DNA of 64,000 nucleotides from Candidatus Latescibacterota bacterium (lineage in GTDB: Bacteria; Latescibacterota; UBA2968; UBA8231): NCBI GenBank assembly GCA_965248355.1, contig OZ252098.1, positions 3,104,001-3,168,000 of the forward strand, in the 5' to 3' direction. This document shows positions 1 through 9,906 of this stretch, piece by piece (the stretch's first letter is position 1; every line of letters begins with the position of its first letter). The translations under genes and the position numbers were made by a program. Under the pieces are notes generated by a model. It was given only the letters and a program-made list of their open reading frames with translations, was not told the origin of the DNA and made no database searches.

Positions 1-1337
1 CGCCAGAAGACCCCGTCCGGGGCGGAGAAGCGGGCCTGCTCGGCCCCGCTGGCGGTCTCCAGCAGCACGAGGTGGCAGCGCCGGTCCGGTCCGAACTCGA
101 TGGCGGCGACGCGCGCCCCATCGGGAGAAGGAGCCGGGGCGAACAACTTGGCCTTGTGGGTGAGCTGGCGCATTCGGCCGCTGTCGATGTCCAGCACCAT
201 CACATCGGAGTAGTCGCGAAAGCCCCAGCGCCGGTCCGGGGTGGAGCGGTTCCAGGCAACCTTGCCGCCGGCCGCGCGGACGCCGCCGAGCGATTGGTAG
301 AAGCGCAGGCGCTCCTCGCGGCCGTCGGGGTGCAGCCGCACCAGGGTCGCCGGGTCGGCCAGGCCGCTCTTGCTCGCCAGCACGCTGCCGTCGGCCAGCC
401 GGTGCGGGTATCCGTAGTTGGTCCAGACGCCCGACCCGCTCTGCCCGGCGAGGACTCGCAGCGGCGTCGTGACAAGGCCCTCCTGCTGCGTCTGCCACAG
501 CGTGGCCAGCTCGTCCATCGTCCGCTCGTAGGTCCGGGCGGCGCTGGCCCCGGTGTGCTGCCTGAGGGCGAAGCTGAAGGAGAAGGGGAGGGTGACGGGG
601 AGGAACAGCCCCCACCTCGTGGTGCTGCCCAGGACCTTGTCCCACGTCTCGGCACCATGGTGTCGCTTGACGTAGGTGGTCAGGTAATACCCCAGCGGGT
701 AGTGGCCGGGGTACCAATCGCGGTACGAGCGGTGGTGGGCCTTGTAGTAGGAGTAGCGCCGCCCCGCCAGGAGCAGGGAACGGATGTGGAGGCCGAACCG
801 GGGCATGCGTCCGCGCCCGGTCTCGCTCAGCGCCGTCTCGACCCCTACCGCGTCCCCCTCCCAGAACCAGGGCGGCACCAGCAGACCGCTCATCAGGCCC
901 TGGCCCTGTTGGCCCAGAAAGAGCCACCCCAGGCGTACGATACCCCGGCGCATGCGGTCGAACTGCACCACGTGGCGCATCTCGTGGACGGCCAGCAACT
1001 GGTACCACTCGCCGCTGAGCCGCCCCGCGTCCTGGGGCGGGGTGCTGAACCACACGCTGCGGCGCGGCGCCAGGGCGACGAAACCGTTGGTCTGAGCCGT
1101 CTGGTTGACCAGCACCACGTCCAGCGGCTCTCTCGGCCCCCGCAGCGTCCTGGAGACCGGGCCGTAGATGTGTTCCAGCGTGTTGGCTACCCGCTGGGCC
1201 TCGGCGGTGATCGCCGCGGGGAAGATGACCTTGAACCGCTCCGTCCGGATCTGCCGCCAGTCCAGGCCCGGCGGACTCTGCTGCGCGAACGACGGGCCGA
1301 GCATCAGCGCCGACAGTGCGGCGACCCATTTCAGCAT
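1..1337 (-). CDS. Secreted protein with HExxH zincin/peptidase-MA-like domain followed by TolB/PD40-like propeller (runs off left edge; absent from ORF track)
   Basis: Manual translation from ATG 1337 with SD AAAGGAG: MLKWVAALSALMLGPSFAQQ signal peptide, DWRQIRTERFKVIFP, LLAVHEMRHVVQ, PWFWEGDAVGVET, LFAPAPSPDG; frame open to the window edge. Confidence 0.8.
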   Translation of the reverse strand, partial: MLKWVAALSALMLGPSFAQQSPPGLDWRQIRTERFKVIFPAAITAEAQRVANTLEHIYGPVSRTLRGPREPLDVVLVNQTAQTNGFVALAPRRSVWFSTPPQDAGRLSGEWYQLLAVHEMRHVVQFDRMRRGIVRLGWLFLGQQGQGLMSGLLVPPWFWEGDAVGVETALSETGRGRMPRFGLHIRSLLLAGRRYSYYKAHHRSYRDWYPGHYPLGYYLTTYVKRHHGAETWDKVLGSTTRWGLFLPVTLPFSFSFALRQHTGASAARTYERTMDELATLWQTQQEGLVTTPLRVLAGQSGSGVWTNYGYPHRLADGSVLASKSGLADPATLVRLHPDGREERLRFYQSLGGVRAAGGKVAWNRSTPDRRWGFRDYSDVMVLDIDSGRMRQLTHKAKLFAPAPSPDGARVAAIEFGPDRRCHLVLLETASGAEQARFSAPDGVFW

Positions 1338-1351
1338 TCCGACCGCTCCTT

Positions 1352-2140
1352 TCAGGCCGAGGCCCCGGAGTAACGCCGCAGACCCGCCCGCCAGAACAGG
1401 CGCGACAGGACCAGCAGCACAACGGCCATGGCCACGGTGCCCGCCAGCCACTCCCCCGGAAGGCGGCCCACCAGGGCCCCGGCGGGCACGGTGACGGCGA
1501 AGGCCACGGGCACGACGAAGGTGAGCACCATCCGCATCCACCCCGGGTAGATGGTCACCGGCCACCGGGCCGCCCGGTACAGGCTGCGGAAGACCATCAG
1601 GATGTTGCCGACACGGACGAACCAGAAGGAGACCGTCGACAGCATGAGCCAGAAGCTGTAGATGATGGCGGCCCCCGAGCACATGGTGAGGGCGAAGGCC
1701 GCCGCCTCGTGGAGGCCCGTCCGCCGCCCCAGGTAGACCAGGGCCCCGCCGATCACGGCGGCGCCGACGGCCACGTCCACCAGCCGCCAGACGCGCACCT
1801 GGCCGATGCTGACCAGCACCTGGGCCTCCACCGGCTTGGTGAGGGCGAAGTCCAGGGTGCCCTCGCGCACGTCCTCCACGAGGCGCTCCATGCTCGGCTG
1901 GACGACCAGGCCCACCAGGCCCGACATGAGAGTCCACACCCCCAGGAGGGCGATCAGCTCGGCCGCTTGCCAGCCGTTCAGCCGGTCCGTATGGCCGTAG
2001 ACGACGTACACGGCGAACAGGCCGGCGCCCAGGTCGATCCCCGTGCCCCCGAGCTGCAGCCAGAAGTGGGTGCGGTACTGCAGCTCGTTCATCGCCCCGA
2101 GGCGGAAGAACGTGGCCAGCAGGCGCAGGAGGGTGCCCAC
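1352..2140 (-). CDS. ABC-2 type transporter permease
   Basis: ELQYRTHF, VREGTLDFALTKPV and AARWPVTIYP motifs, about 6 TM; GTG start just after the upstream stop. Confidence 0.9.
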   Translation of the reverse strand: MGTLLRLLATFFRLGAMNELQYRTHFWLQLGGTGIDLGAGLFAVYVVYGHTDRLNGWQAAELIALLGVWTLMSGLVGLVVQPSMERLVEDVREGTLDFALTKPVEAQVLVSIGQVRVWRLVDVAVGAAVIGGALVYLGRRTGLHEAAAFALTMCSGAAIIYSFWLMLSTVSFWFVRVGNILMVFRSLYRAARWPVTIYPGWMRMVLTFVVPVAFAVTVPAGALVGRLPGEWLAGTVAMAVVLLVLSRLFWRAGLRRYSGASA

Positions 2141-2142
2141 CC

Positions 2143-2949
2143 TCAGGCCCCCACGGCGCCGTAGCGGGCCGAGGCCCGGCTCCATCCGAAGTGGAGGACG
2201 GCAACGCCGGCGGCCAGCCACAGCCCCTGGGCCAGGACCCCGTCCAGCGCCTGGTCCGGCGTCAGCCGGCCCAGGATCAGCTCCACCGGGAAGGCGAGCA
2301 TCCAGCGGAAGGGCGTGTACGAGGCCGCCGCCTCCACCCAGTCGGGCAGCAGGGCCAGGGGGGCGAGGCCGCCCATGAGCACCATGCCGAGTCCCCAGTA
2401 CAGGGCGGTCAGGCCCGAGGTGTCCGTGATCCAGAAGGCCAGCAGCCCCAGGGCCCACTCGAAGAGGAAGCGCAGCAGGAAGGCCAGGGCCAGGACCGGC
2501 ACGAAGGCCAGCGCCGCCCACAGGGGCGGGTCGAGGCGGGGCTCGAAGTACCAGGCCAGCAGCGCCACCGCGGGCGCCACCACGGCGAGGGTGAGCACCT
2601 TGTAGGCCGCGTTCTGCAGCACGTCCCGGTGCCAGGGGTGCAGGGGCTGCACGAGGATGGAGTTGTAGAACCCGGAACGCACCCGCCAGCCCATCTCGAA
2701 CATGTGCCAGGTGAAGGTGACGTGGTTGACGAACATGACGGCCAGGAAGTAGGCGGCCAGGGCGCCTGAGTCGAAGTCGCCCACGCGGCCCCCCTTCGAG
2801 GCGGCCACCGTGAGCCAGACGACGAGATGGATGAGGGGCTGCAGCATCAGGCCCAGGAGCCAGATGACCATGGCGGCGCGGTACTGGAACAGCTCCGCCA
2901 GCTCGAGGCTGAAGAGGGTCCGGTAGACCCCGGCCAGGCCGGCGATCAA
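2143..2949 (-). CDS. ABC-2 type transporter permease
   Basis: ELFQYRAAM, GGLAPLALLP, YTPFRWMLAFPVE; TTG start overlaps the ATPase stop. Confidence 0.9.
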   Translation of the reverse strand: MIAGLAGVYRTLFSLELAELFQYRAAMVIWLLGLMLQPLIHLVVWLTVAASKGGRVGDFDSGALAAYFLAVMFVNHVTFTWHMFEMGWRVRSGFYNSILVQPLHPWHRDVLQNAAYKVLTLAVVAPAVALLAWYFEPRLDPPLWAALAFVPVLALAFLLRFLFEWALGLLAFWITDTSGLTALYWGLGMVLMGGLAPLALLPDWVEAAASYTPFRWMLAFPVELILGRLTPDQALDGVLAQGLWLAAGVAVLHFGWSRASARYGAVGA

Positions 2950-3938
2950 GGGCCCGGCCCCGGCGCGTCCGCCCGCTGGCGGAAGACCTGCTCGATCACC
3001 TCCTCGATGGGGGGCTCGGCCACCGTCAGGTCGGCCACGGGCAGCTCCGCCAGGAGCCGCGCCGTCACCTGGGCCGCCTCCGCCTTGGGCACGGAGAGCG
3101 TCGCCCGGCTGCCGTCGACGCGCACGGCGTCGCCGAAGGCCGCCAGGCCCGGGTGCTCGCGCTCCAGGTCGACGACGATCGTCTTGTGGGGCGAGAACCG
3201 GCGCACCAGCTCCGAGAGGGCGCCGTCGAAGAGCAGCCGCCCTTGGTGGATGACGACGACGCGCTCGCACAGGGCCTCCACGTCGGCCATGTAGTGGCTG
3301 GTGAGCAGCACCGTGGCCCCCGAGGCGCGGTTGTGCCCGGCCACGAAGGCGCGGATGCGGCGCTGCATGGTCACGTCGAGGCCGAGGGTGGGCTCGTCGA
3401 GAAAGAGGATCCGCGGCCGGTGCAGCAGGGCCACGGCGATCTCGCACTTCATGCGCTCGCCGAGCGACAGGTTGCGCACCGGCTTGCGCAGCAGCTCCCC
3501 CAGCTCGAGCAGCTCGGTGAGCTCGTCCACCGTCCGGCGGTAGTCGCCGGCGTCCAGCCGGTAGATGGCGCGGTTGCGCTCGAAGGAGTCGGCCACCGGC
3601 AGGTCCCACACCAGCTGGTTGCGGTGGCCCATGACCAGGGTGATCTGGCGCAGGAACTCGCGCTGCCGTCGGAAGGGCTCGAAGCCGAGGACCCGCGCCC
3701 GGCCCGAGGTCGGGTTCAGCAGGCCGGAGAGCATCTTCAGGGCCGTCGTCTTGCCGGCGCCGTTGGGCCCCAGGAAGCCGACGATCTCCCCCGGCTCGAC
3801 GGAGAAGGAGACCTCGCGCACCGCCTCGACCTCGCGGTGGCGCCGGCGCACCAGGCTGCGCGCCGCGTTCCACAGGCCGGGGTCGCGTTCGGGCACGCGA
3901 TAGGTCTTGGAGAGGGACTCGCAGGAGAGGGCCGGCAT
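2946..3938 (-). CDS. ABC transporter ATP-binding protein
   Basis: Walker A GPNGAGKTT, signature LSLGE, Walker B LFLDEP. Confidence 0.95.
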   Translation of the reverse strand: MPALSCESLSKTYRVPERDPGLWNAARSLVRRRHREVEAVREVSFSVEPGEIVGFLGPNGAGKTTALKMLSGLLNPTSGRARVLGFEPFRRQREFLRQITLVMGHRNQLVWDLPVADSFERNRAIYRLDAGDYRRTVDELTELLELGELLRKPVRNLSLGERMKCEIAVALLHRPRILFLDEPTLGLDVTMQRRIRAFVAGHNRASGATVLLTSHYMADVEALCERVVVIHQGRLLFDGALSELVRRFSPHKTIVVDLEREHPGLAAFGDAVRVDGSRATLSVPKAEAAQVTARLLAELPVADLTVAEPPIEEVIEQVFRQRADAPGPGP

Positions 3939-3970
3939 GCCGCTACCCTAGGCGGAGACCGGCGGGGCCG

Positions 3971-5554
3971 TCAATCGAGACCCAGGTCGGCGGCGATCAC
4001 CTGCCAGGCGTTGTACCCCGGCAGGCCGGTGATGTTGCCCGAGGGATGGCAGGAGGAGCCGCACAGGTAGAGGCCGTCCAGGTATCCCCGGTAGTGCCCG
4101 GCGCCGGGGAAAGGCCGGTCGTACCCGGTCTGGCCGTGGCCGAGGGAGCCCACCAGCAGGTCGCCGTCGCGCATGTTCGGCAGCCGCCGGGGAATCTCGT
4201 GGACGGGCCGGATCATGGACCCGCGCACCACGTCCGGCAGGTTCGGCGCGAAGCCGGACCAGGCCTCGAGCAGGCGGCGGCCGTGGGCCTCGGCCTCCGT
4301 CTCCCAGTTGGCGGCGCTGCCGCGCAGGCGGAAGGGCGCCTTCTGCCACATGAAGGCGGTGTGGGCGCCGTCCGGGGCCTGGGCGGGATCGAACCGGCTC
4401 GGGCAGGACCCCCAGGTCACCATCGGCGGCAGGCGGCCGTGCTCGTGGGCGGCGACCATGTCGTCGAAGTCGGCCACCGAGCGCAGGCCGAGGATGACCA
4501 TGAAGGCGTCGGCCAGCTCCGGCTGCGTCCGGGCGGCCGCGTAGGCCGGGGCCTCGTCGAGGTTGAGGTAGAGGCCGAAGAGGGGGGCCAGCAGGTTGTA
4601 GCGGAAGGCGGCGGCCCGGTCGCGCCAGGAGGCGGGCAGATGGGCGGGATCGATCAGGTCGAGGAAGGTCTGCTGCGGGTTGAGGCTGGAGGCGACGAAG
4701 TGGCGGGCGCCGATGCGCTCGCCGGCGGCGGTGGCGACGCCGGCGGCCTTCCCGGGGCCGCCCCCGGCGGCGGGCTCCACCAGGATCCGCGCCGGCTCGA
4801 CGCCGGTGCGCACCTCGCCGCCGGCCTCGGTGACCGCCCGCACCAGGGCCTCGGCCAGCCGGGCCGAGCCGCCGGCGCACATCTGCGCCTTGCCGCGGGA
4901 GGCGAGCAGCGCCGGGATGTGGTGGCCGAAGCCCCGGGCCCCCGGGTCGACCTCGCGCAGGCCGTTGAAGAACAGGAGCCCGGCCTGCACCACCGGGCTC
5001 TCGAACTCGCGCAGGACGAACTCCCGCGGCGAGAGGGCGCTCGTCTCCAGCAGCAGGCGGCCCTCGGCGGTGGCCTCCAGGCGGCGCCGGCGCTCCCGGG
5101 CCGGCCGGGGCGGCGCCTGCGCCTCGGGCTCCAGGATGCGGGTCACCACCGGCCGGAAGGCGTCGCGCCAGCGGCGCAGGTTGTCGGCGTCGCGGCGGCT
5201 GAAGCGGGCGAAGGACCCGGCGGTGCGCTCGAAGTCCGTCCACCAGGTGAGGGACCGCCCCTCGGGCAGCAGCAGGGCCACGTTCAGCTCGGGCTCCAGG
5301 TAGCGGGCGCCGTGGCGCTCCAGCTCGAGGCCGGCGTACCACGGCATCCGGGTGATGCCCCGGTGGTAGAAGGAGTGGGTGTTGTGCAGGAACCCGGAGC
5401 CCGCCGGCCACTCCTCGGTGCGCAGGCCGCCGCCGGCCACGGAGTCCCGCTCCAGGCTGATCACGTGCAGGCCGGCGCGGCAGAGGTGGGCCTGCAGGAT
5501 CAGGCCGTTGTGGCCGGCCCCGAGGATGATGCCGTCGTACGTGGCGTCCGCCAT
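3971..5554 (-). CDS. Phytoene dehydrogenase-like FAD-dependent oxidoreductase
   Basis: GAGHNGL FAD motif, GGSARLAEAL, LYLCGSSCHPSGNITGLPGYNA. Confidence 0.88.
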   Translation of the reverse strand: MADATYDGIILGAGHNGLILQAHLCRAGLHVISLERDSVAGGGLRTEEWPAGSGFLHNTHSFYHRGITRMPWYAGLELERHGARYLEPELNVALLLPEGRSLTWWTDFERTAGSFARFSRRDADNLRRWRDAFRPVVTRILEPEAQAPPRPARERRRRLEATAEGRLLLETSALSPREFVLREFESPVVQAGLLFFNGLREVDPGARGFGHHIPALLASRGKAQMCAGGSARLAEALVRAVTEAGGEVRTGVEPARILVEPAAGGGPGKAAGVATAAGERIGARHFVASSLNPQQTFLDLIDPAHLPASWRDRAAAFRYNLLAPLFGLYLNLDEAPAYAAARTQPELADAFMVILGLRSVADFDDMVAAHEHGRLPPMVTWGSCPSRFDPAQAPDGAHTAFMWQKAPFRLRGSAANWETEAEAHGRRLLEAWSGFAPNLPDVVRGSMIRPVHEIPRRLPNMRDGDLLVGSLGHGQTGYDRPFPGAGHYRGYLDGLYLCGSSCHPSGNITGLPGYNAWQVIAADLGLD

Positions 5555-5566
5555 GCCCGGCAACCG

Positions 5567-6745
5567 CTATCCAGGCTCCTGGAGAACCGCGGCCATCTCC
5601 CGCAGGCCGATCGCCTCCACGTCCTCTGACAGCGGGTAGCGCTCGTCCCCCGAATAGACGATGAAGGACCGCTCCGGTCCGATATCCTCGCGGGCATGGT
5701 GGAAGCCGCGGCTCGGACGGGGGGTCAGGCCGAGCTTGATCTCGATGGCCCAGGGCTGGCGCCCGCCCGGCCGTTCGAGCACCAGATCGACCTCGGCTCC
5801 GGCCTGGGTGCGATAGAAGCTGGCCGCCGTTCCGGGCGGAGCCGCGGCCAGCAGGTTCTCGATCACGAACCCTTCCCAACTGGCGCCGGCCACGGGATGG
5901 CCGGCGAGGGCGTTGTGGTTCTCGAGGCCGAGCAGGGCGTGGACCAGACCGCTGTCCCGGACGTAGACCTTGGGGGACTTGACCAGCCGCTTGCGGATGT
6001 TGGCGTGGAAGGGCCGCAGGCGCCGCACCAGCAACAGGTCGACGAGCAGATCGATGTACCCGGTCACCGTCGGACTGCTCACCCCCAGGCTGGCTGCCAG
6101 CTTCGACGCGTTCAGGAGGGCACCCTGGCCGTGGGCCAGCATCGTCCACAATCGCTCCAGCGTCTCGGCCGGTATCCGCCGCTGCGTGAACTCGGAAACG
6201 TCGCGCTGCAGGTAGGTGAGGATGAAATCGCGGCGGAAAGCGAGGCTGTCGGTATCGCTGGCCGCGAGCAGGCTGTCGGGAAACCCGCCGCGCACCCAGA
6301 GCGCGGCCATCGGCGCCGCCGCCGCGGTGACGTCGAGCACGTCGAGCGGGTTGAGCGCTACGTACTCGATGCGTCCGGCCAGGCTCTCCCCCGACTGCCT
6401 GAGAAGGTCCACGGATGCCGATCCCAGGATCAGAAAGCGGCCCGTGCCCTTGCCCAGCCGCCGGCCCCGGTCGATGAGGCCGCGCAACTCCTGAAACAAC
6501 TCGGGCGCGCGGTGGATCTCGTCGAGAACGACGAGGCGATCCTCGTACTCGGCGAGGAACAGGGCCGGATCGGCGAGCTTGGCCTGGTCGGCGCCGGCTT
6601 CCAGGTCGAGGTAAAGGGCACCCGTCTGCTCGGCGATCGCGTGGGCGAGGGTCGTCTTGCCGACTTGACGCGGCCCGATCAGCGCAACCGCCGCCTGGCG
6701 CTTCAAGGCGGTCCTGGTCAATTGATTTGCTCGGCGAGGTACCAT
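5567..6745 (-). CDS. AAA+ ATPase (AAA_14 plus DUF4143)
   Basis: GPRQVGKTT, VLDEIH, FLILGSAS, RGGFP, KSPKVYVRDSG, EVDLV...IEIK. Confidence 0.92.
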   Translation of the reverse strand: MVPRRANQLTRTALKRQAAVALIGPRQVGKTTLAHAIAEQTGALYLDLEAGADQAKLADPALFLAEYEDRLVVLDEIHRAPELFQELRGLIDRGRRLGKGTGRFLILGSASVDLLRQSGESLAGRIEYVALNPLDVLDVTAAAAPMAALWVRGGFPDSLLAASDTDSLAFRRDFILTYLQRDVSEFTQRRIPAETLERLWTMLAHGQGALLNASKLAASLGVSSPTVTGYIDLLVDLLLVRRLRPFHANIRKRLVKSPKVYVRDSGLVHALLGLENHNALAGHPVAGASWEGFVIENLLAAAPPGTAASFYRTQAGAEVDLVLERPGGRQPWAIEIKLGLTPRPSRGFHHAREDIGPERSFIVYSGDERYPLSEDVEAIGLREMAAVLQEPG

Positions 6746-6838
6746 TATCCTTGTAAATCTAAAGCGAGAGTTGCAAAAAGCAAGGATACGACAACAACGG
6801 CTTGCTCGACGCCGGTCCGTGGGCGACTCTATCGGGCC

Positions 6839-8065
6839 ATGAGCCGCTCCGTCGACGCCTCCTGGGCCCTCTACGACCGCGCCGCCGAGGTCATCCCCCT
6901 GGGGACGCAGACCCACAGCAAGGCGCCGCGGGAGGCGCTGCGCGGCGTCGAGCCCTGCTTCATCGCCCGCGGCTCCGGCTGCCGCGTCTGGGACGTGGAC
7001 GGCAACGAGTACATCGACTTCCGCTGCGGCCTCGGGCCCATCAGCCTCGGGTACGCCCACCCGGCCGTGGTCGAGGCCGTGCGGCGCCAGATCGGCGATG
7101 GCAGCGTCTTCAGCTATGCCCACCCCCTGGAGGTGGAGGTCGCCGAGCGCCTGGTGGAGGTCGTCCCCTGCGCCGAGAGCGTCCGCTTCCTCAAGACGGG
7201 GGGCGAGGCGATGGCCGCCGCCCACCGCCTGGCGCGGGCCTGCACCGGCCGCGACCTGATCCTCGCCTGCGGCTACCACGGCTGGATCAACTCCATGGGC
7301 CGGGCCGGGGTGCCCGCGGCCATGGGCGGCCTCTACCGCGACCTGCCCTGGGGGAACGCCCCCGCCTTCGAGGCCGCCTTCGACGAGCTCGGCGGGGATC
7401 GCGTCGCCGCCGTGAGCGTGGCCTGCGGGTACGCCGACATCGAGGCCGGCCGCGACTTCCTGCCGGCCCTGAGAGCGCTCACAGAGCGCCACGGCGCGCT
7501 CCTCATCTTCGACGAGATCGTCACCGGCTTCCGCCTGCGCCGCGCCGGAGCCCAGGAGTACTTCGGCGTCACCCCCGACCTGGCGGTCTTCGCCAAGGGC
7601 CTCTCCAACGGCGTGCCCCTCTCCTGCTACCTCGGCCGCCGGGAGCTGATGGAGAGCGTCGCCGACGTGGTCGTCTCCTCCACCTTCGGCGGCGACACCC
7701 TCGGCCTGGCGGCGGCGCTCGCCGTCCTCGACGTGTACGAGCAGCAGGACGTGATCGGCGTCCTGTGGGAGCGGGGCCGGCAGCTGCACGAAGGCCTGGA
7801 GGGGATCGCCGCCCGGCTGGGAGTGGCCGCCGGCTTCCGCGGCCTGCCGCCGGCCGGGCACCTCGACCTGCCGTCGCCGGAGGCGAGGCTGGCCTTCGAG
7901 GGGGAGTGCCTGCGCCGGGGCGTCATCCCCTACACCCTGTTCTACACCAGCTTCTCCCACGGCGTCGCCGACGTGGAGGAGGCGCTGGGCGCGGTGGAAG
8001 AGGCCCTTGCGGTCGTCAGGGACCGAGGGCTTCTCGCGACAGCGCCGGAGCACACCCTGCGATGA
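6839..8065 (+). CDS. Class III PLP aminotransferase (glutamate-1-semialdehyde aminomutase-like)
   Basis: WDVDGNEYID, FLKTGGEA, YHGW, IFDEIVTGFR, FAKGLSNG, SSTFGG. Confidence 0.9.
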   Translation: MSRSVDASWALYDRAAEVIPLGTQTHSKAPREALRGVEPCFIARGSGCRVWDVDGNEYIDFRCGLGPISLGYAHPAVVEAVRRQIGDGSVFSYAHPLEVEVAERLVEVVPCAESVRFLKTGGEAMAAAHRLARACTGRDLILACGYHGWINSMGRAGVPAAMGGLYRDLPWGNAPAFEAAFDELGGDRVAAVSVACGYADIEAGRDFLPALRALTERHGALLIFDEIVTGFRLRRAGAQEYFGVTPDLAVFAKGLSNGVPLSCYLGRRELMESVADVVVSSTFGGDTLGLAAALAVLDVYEQQDVIGVLWERGRQLHEGLEGIAARLGVAAGFRGLPPAGHLDLPSPEARLAFEGECLRRGVIPYTLFYTSFSHGVADVEEALGAVEEALAVVRDRGLLATAPEHTLR

Positions 8066-8150
8066 GCCCGCGGCGCTCCCTCTGCGGACACTCCCCGTGA
8101 CCGCCTCGTCCTCGAAGGGCGTGTCCACGTTGGGCGCGTCCGAGGGGTGC

Positions 8151-9107
8151 ATGGCGTCTCCCCGCGTCCTGGTCCTCGGCGGCATCAACATGGGGCTGAT
8201 CACCCGCGCCGGGACCCTCCCGGCCCCCGGCCAGACCCTGCGCGGCGAGCGCTTCTACAGCTCCCCCGGCGGCAAGGGGGCGACCCAGGCGGTGGCCGCG
8301 TCCCGCCAGGGTGGGCGCGTCAAGATGGTGGGACGCGTCGGCGGCGACCTCTTCGGCCCCGCCCTCCTGGAATCCCTGCGCTCGCACGGGGTCGACACCT
8401 CGGACGTCGCCGTCGATGCGGAGGCCGCGTCCGGGGTGGGCGTGATCCTCGTCGACGGCAGCGGCCAGAACCGGGTCCTGGCGACCTACGGGGCCAACCT
8501 GCGCTGCGGCGGCGAGCAACTGCGGTCGGTGGAGGCCGCGCTCCCGGAGACCGACGTCCTGCTGTTGCAGATGGAGATTCCCTTCGACGTGTCGCTGCGG
8601 GCGGCGAGGGCCGCCAGGGACCGCAAGGTCCGCGTCATCCTCGACCCGGCCCCGGCGGCCCACGTCCCCGCCGAAGCCTTCACGGCCTTCGACATCATCG
8701 CGCCGAACCAGACCGAAGCGGAGTACCTGGTGGGCGTCGCCGTGGTTGACGTGGAGTCCGCCTCCCGAGCCGCCGGACTGCTTCTCGAACGCGGGGCGCC
8801 GGCGGCGGTGATCAAGATGGCGGAGCTCGGCGCCTGTTACAGAACCGCCGACGAGGAGGGGTACGTCCCTGCCTTCGCCGTCGAGGCGGTCGACACCACC
8901 TCCGCGGGAGACGCCTTCCACGGCGCCCTCGCCGTCGCCCTGGCCGAGGGCCGGAGCCTGCGCGACGCCGTCAGCTTCGCCGCCGCCGCCGGGGCCCTGG
9001 CCGTGACCCGGCCCGGGGTGCAGGACTCGATGCCGGGACGCGCCGCGGTCGAGGAGCTTCTCACACGGGCCGGCGGCCCCCTCGCCACAGCACGAGGATC
9101 CGCATGA
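8151..9107 (+). CDS. rbsK: Ribokinase-like PfkB sugar kinase
   Basis: PGGKGATQAVA, DPAPA, PNQTEA, VDTTSAGDAF. Confidence 0.8.
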   Translation: MASPRVLVLGGINMGLITRAGTLPAPGQTLRGERFYSSPGGKGATQAVAASRQGGRVKMVGRVGGDLFGPALLESLRSHGVDTSDVAVDAEAASGVGVILVDGSGQNRVLATYGANLRCGGEQLRSVEAALPETDVLLLQMEIPFDVSLRAARAARDRKVRVILDPAPAAHVPAEAFTAFDIIAPNQTEAEYLVGVAVVDVESASRAAGLLLERGAPAAVIKMAELGACYRTADEEGYVPAFAVEAVDTTSAGDAFHGALAVALAEGRSLRDAVSFAAAAGALAVTRPGVQDSMPGRAAVEELLTRAGGPLATARGSA

Positions 9108-9877
9108 AGATCGCCACCTGGAACGTGAACTCGATCAAGGTGCGCCTGCCGCAGCTGCTCCAGTGGCTGGAGGCCGAGGCGCCCGACCTGGTGGGTCTGC
9201 AGGAGACCAAGGTCGTGGACGAGGTCTTTCCCGCGGCCGAGATCGAGGAGGCCGGGTACCACACCGCCTTCAGCGGCCAGAAGGCCTACAACGGCGTCGC
9301 GCTTCTGAGCCGCGAGCCGGCCGCCGACGTGGTCACCGACCTGCCCGGGATGGACGACCCCCAGCGGCGGGTGCTCGGCGCCACGGTGGGCGGCCTGCGC
9401 TTCCTCAACCTGTACGTGCCCAACGGCCAGAGCGTCGGCTCCGACAAGTACGCCTACAAGCTGGAGTGGCTGGGCCGCTGCCGGGAGTACGTGGAGGACC
9501 AGCTGGGCCGGCACGAACGTCTCGTGGTGGTGGGCGACTTCAACGTCGCCCCCGAGGACCGGGACGTGCACGACCCCGCCCTGTGGGCCGACTCGGTGCT
9601 GTTCTCCGAGGCCGAGCGCGAGGCCTTCGCGCGCCTGCTGGCCGCCGGCCTGACCGACGCCTTCCGGCTGTTCCCGCAGGAGGAGGGGACCTTCTCCTGG
9701 TGGGACTACCGCATGGGCGCCTTCCGCCGCAACCGCGGCCTGCGCATCGACCACATCCTGCTCTCCGGGGCTCTGCGCCCCGGCTGCACCGCCTGCCGCA
9801 TCGACCGCGGGCCCCGCGCCTGGACCAAGCCCTCCGACCACGCCCCGGTGGTGGCGGAGGTTTCGGTCGGCTCCTGA
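9104..9877 (+). CDS. xth: Exodeoxyribonuclease III
   Basis: MKIATWNVNS, LQETK, GDFNVAP, SWWDYR, LRIDH, SDHAPV. Confidence 0.95.
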   Translation: MKIATWNVNSIKVRLPQLLQWLEAEAPDLVGLQETKVVDEVFPAAEIEEAGYHTAFSGQKAYNGVALLSREPAADVVTDLPGMDDPQRRVLGATVGGLRFLNLYVPNGQSVGSDKYAYKLEWLGRCREYVEDQLGRHERLVVVGDFNVAPEDRDVHDPALWADSVLFSEAEREAFARLLAAGLTDAFRLFPQEEGTFSWWDYRMGAFRRNRGLRIDHILLSGALRPGCTACRIDRGPRAWTKPSDHAPVVAEVSVGS

Positions 9878-9906
9878 CGGGCCCGCCCCACTTCTCCTCT
9901 TACTGT

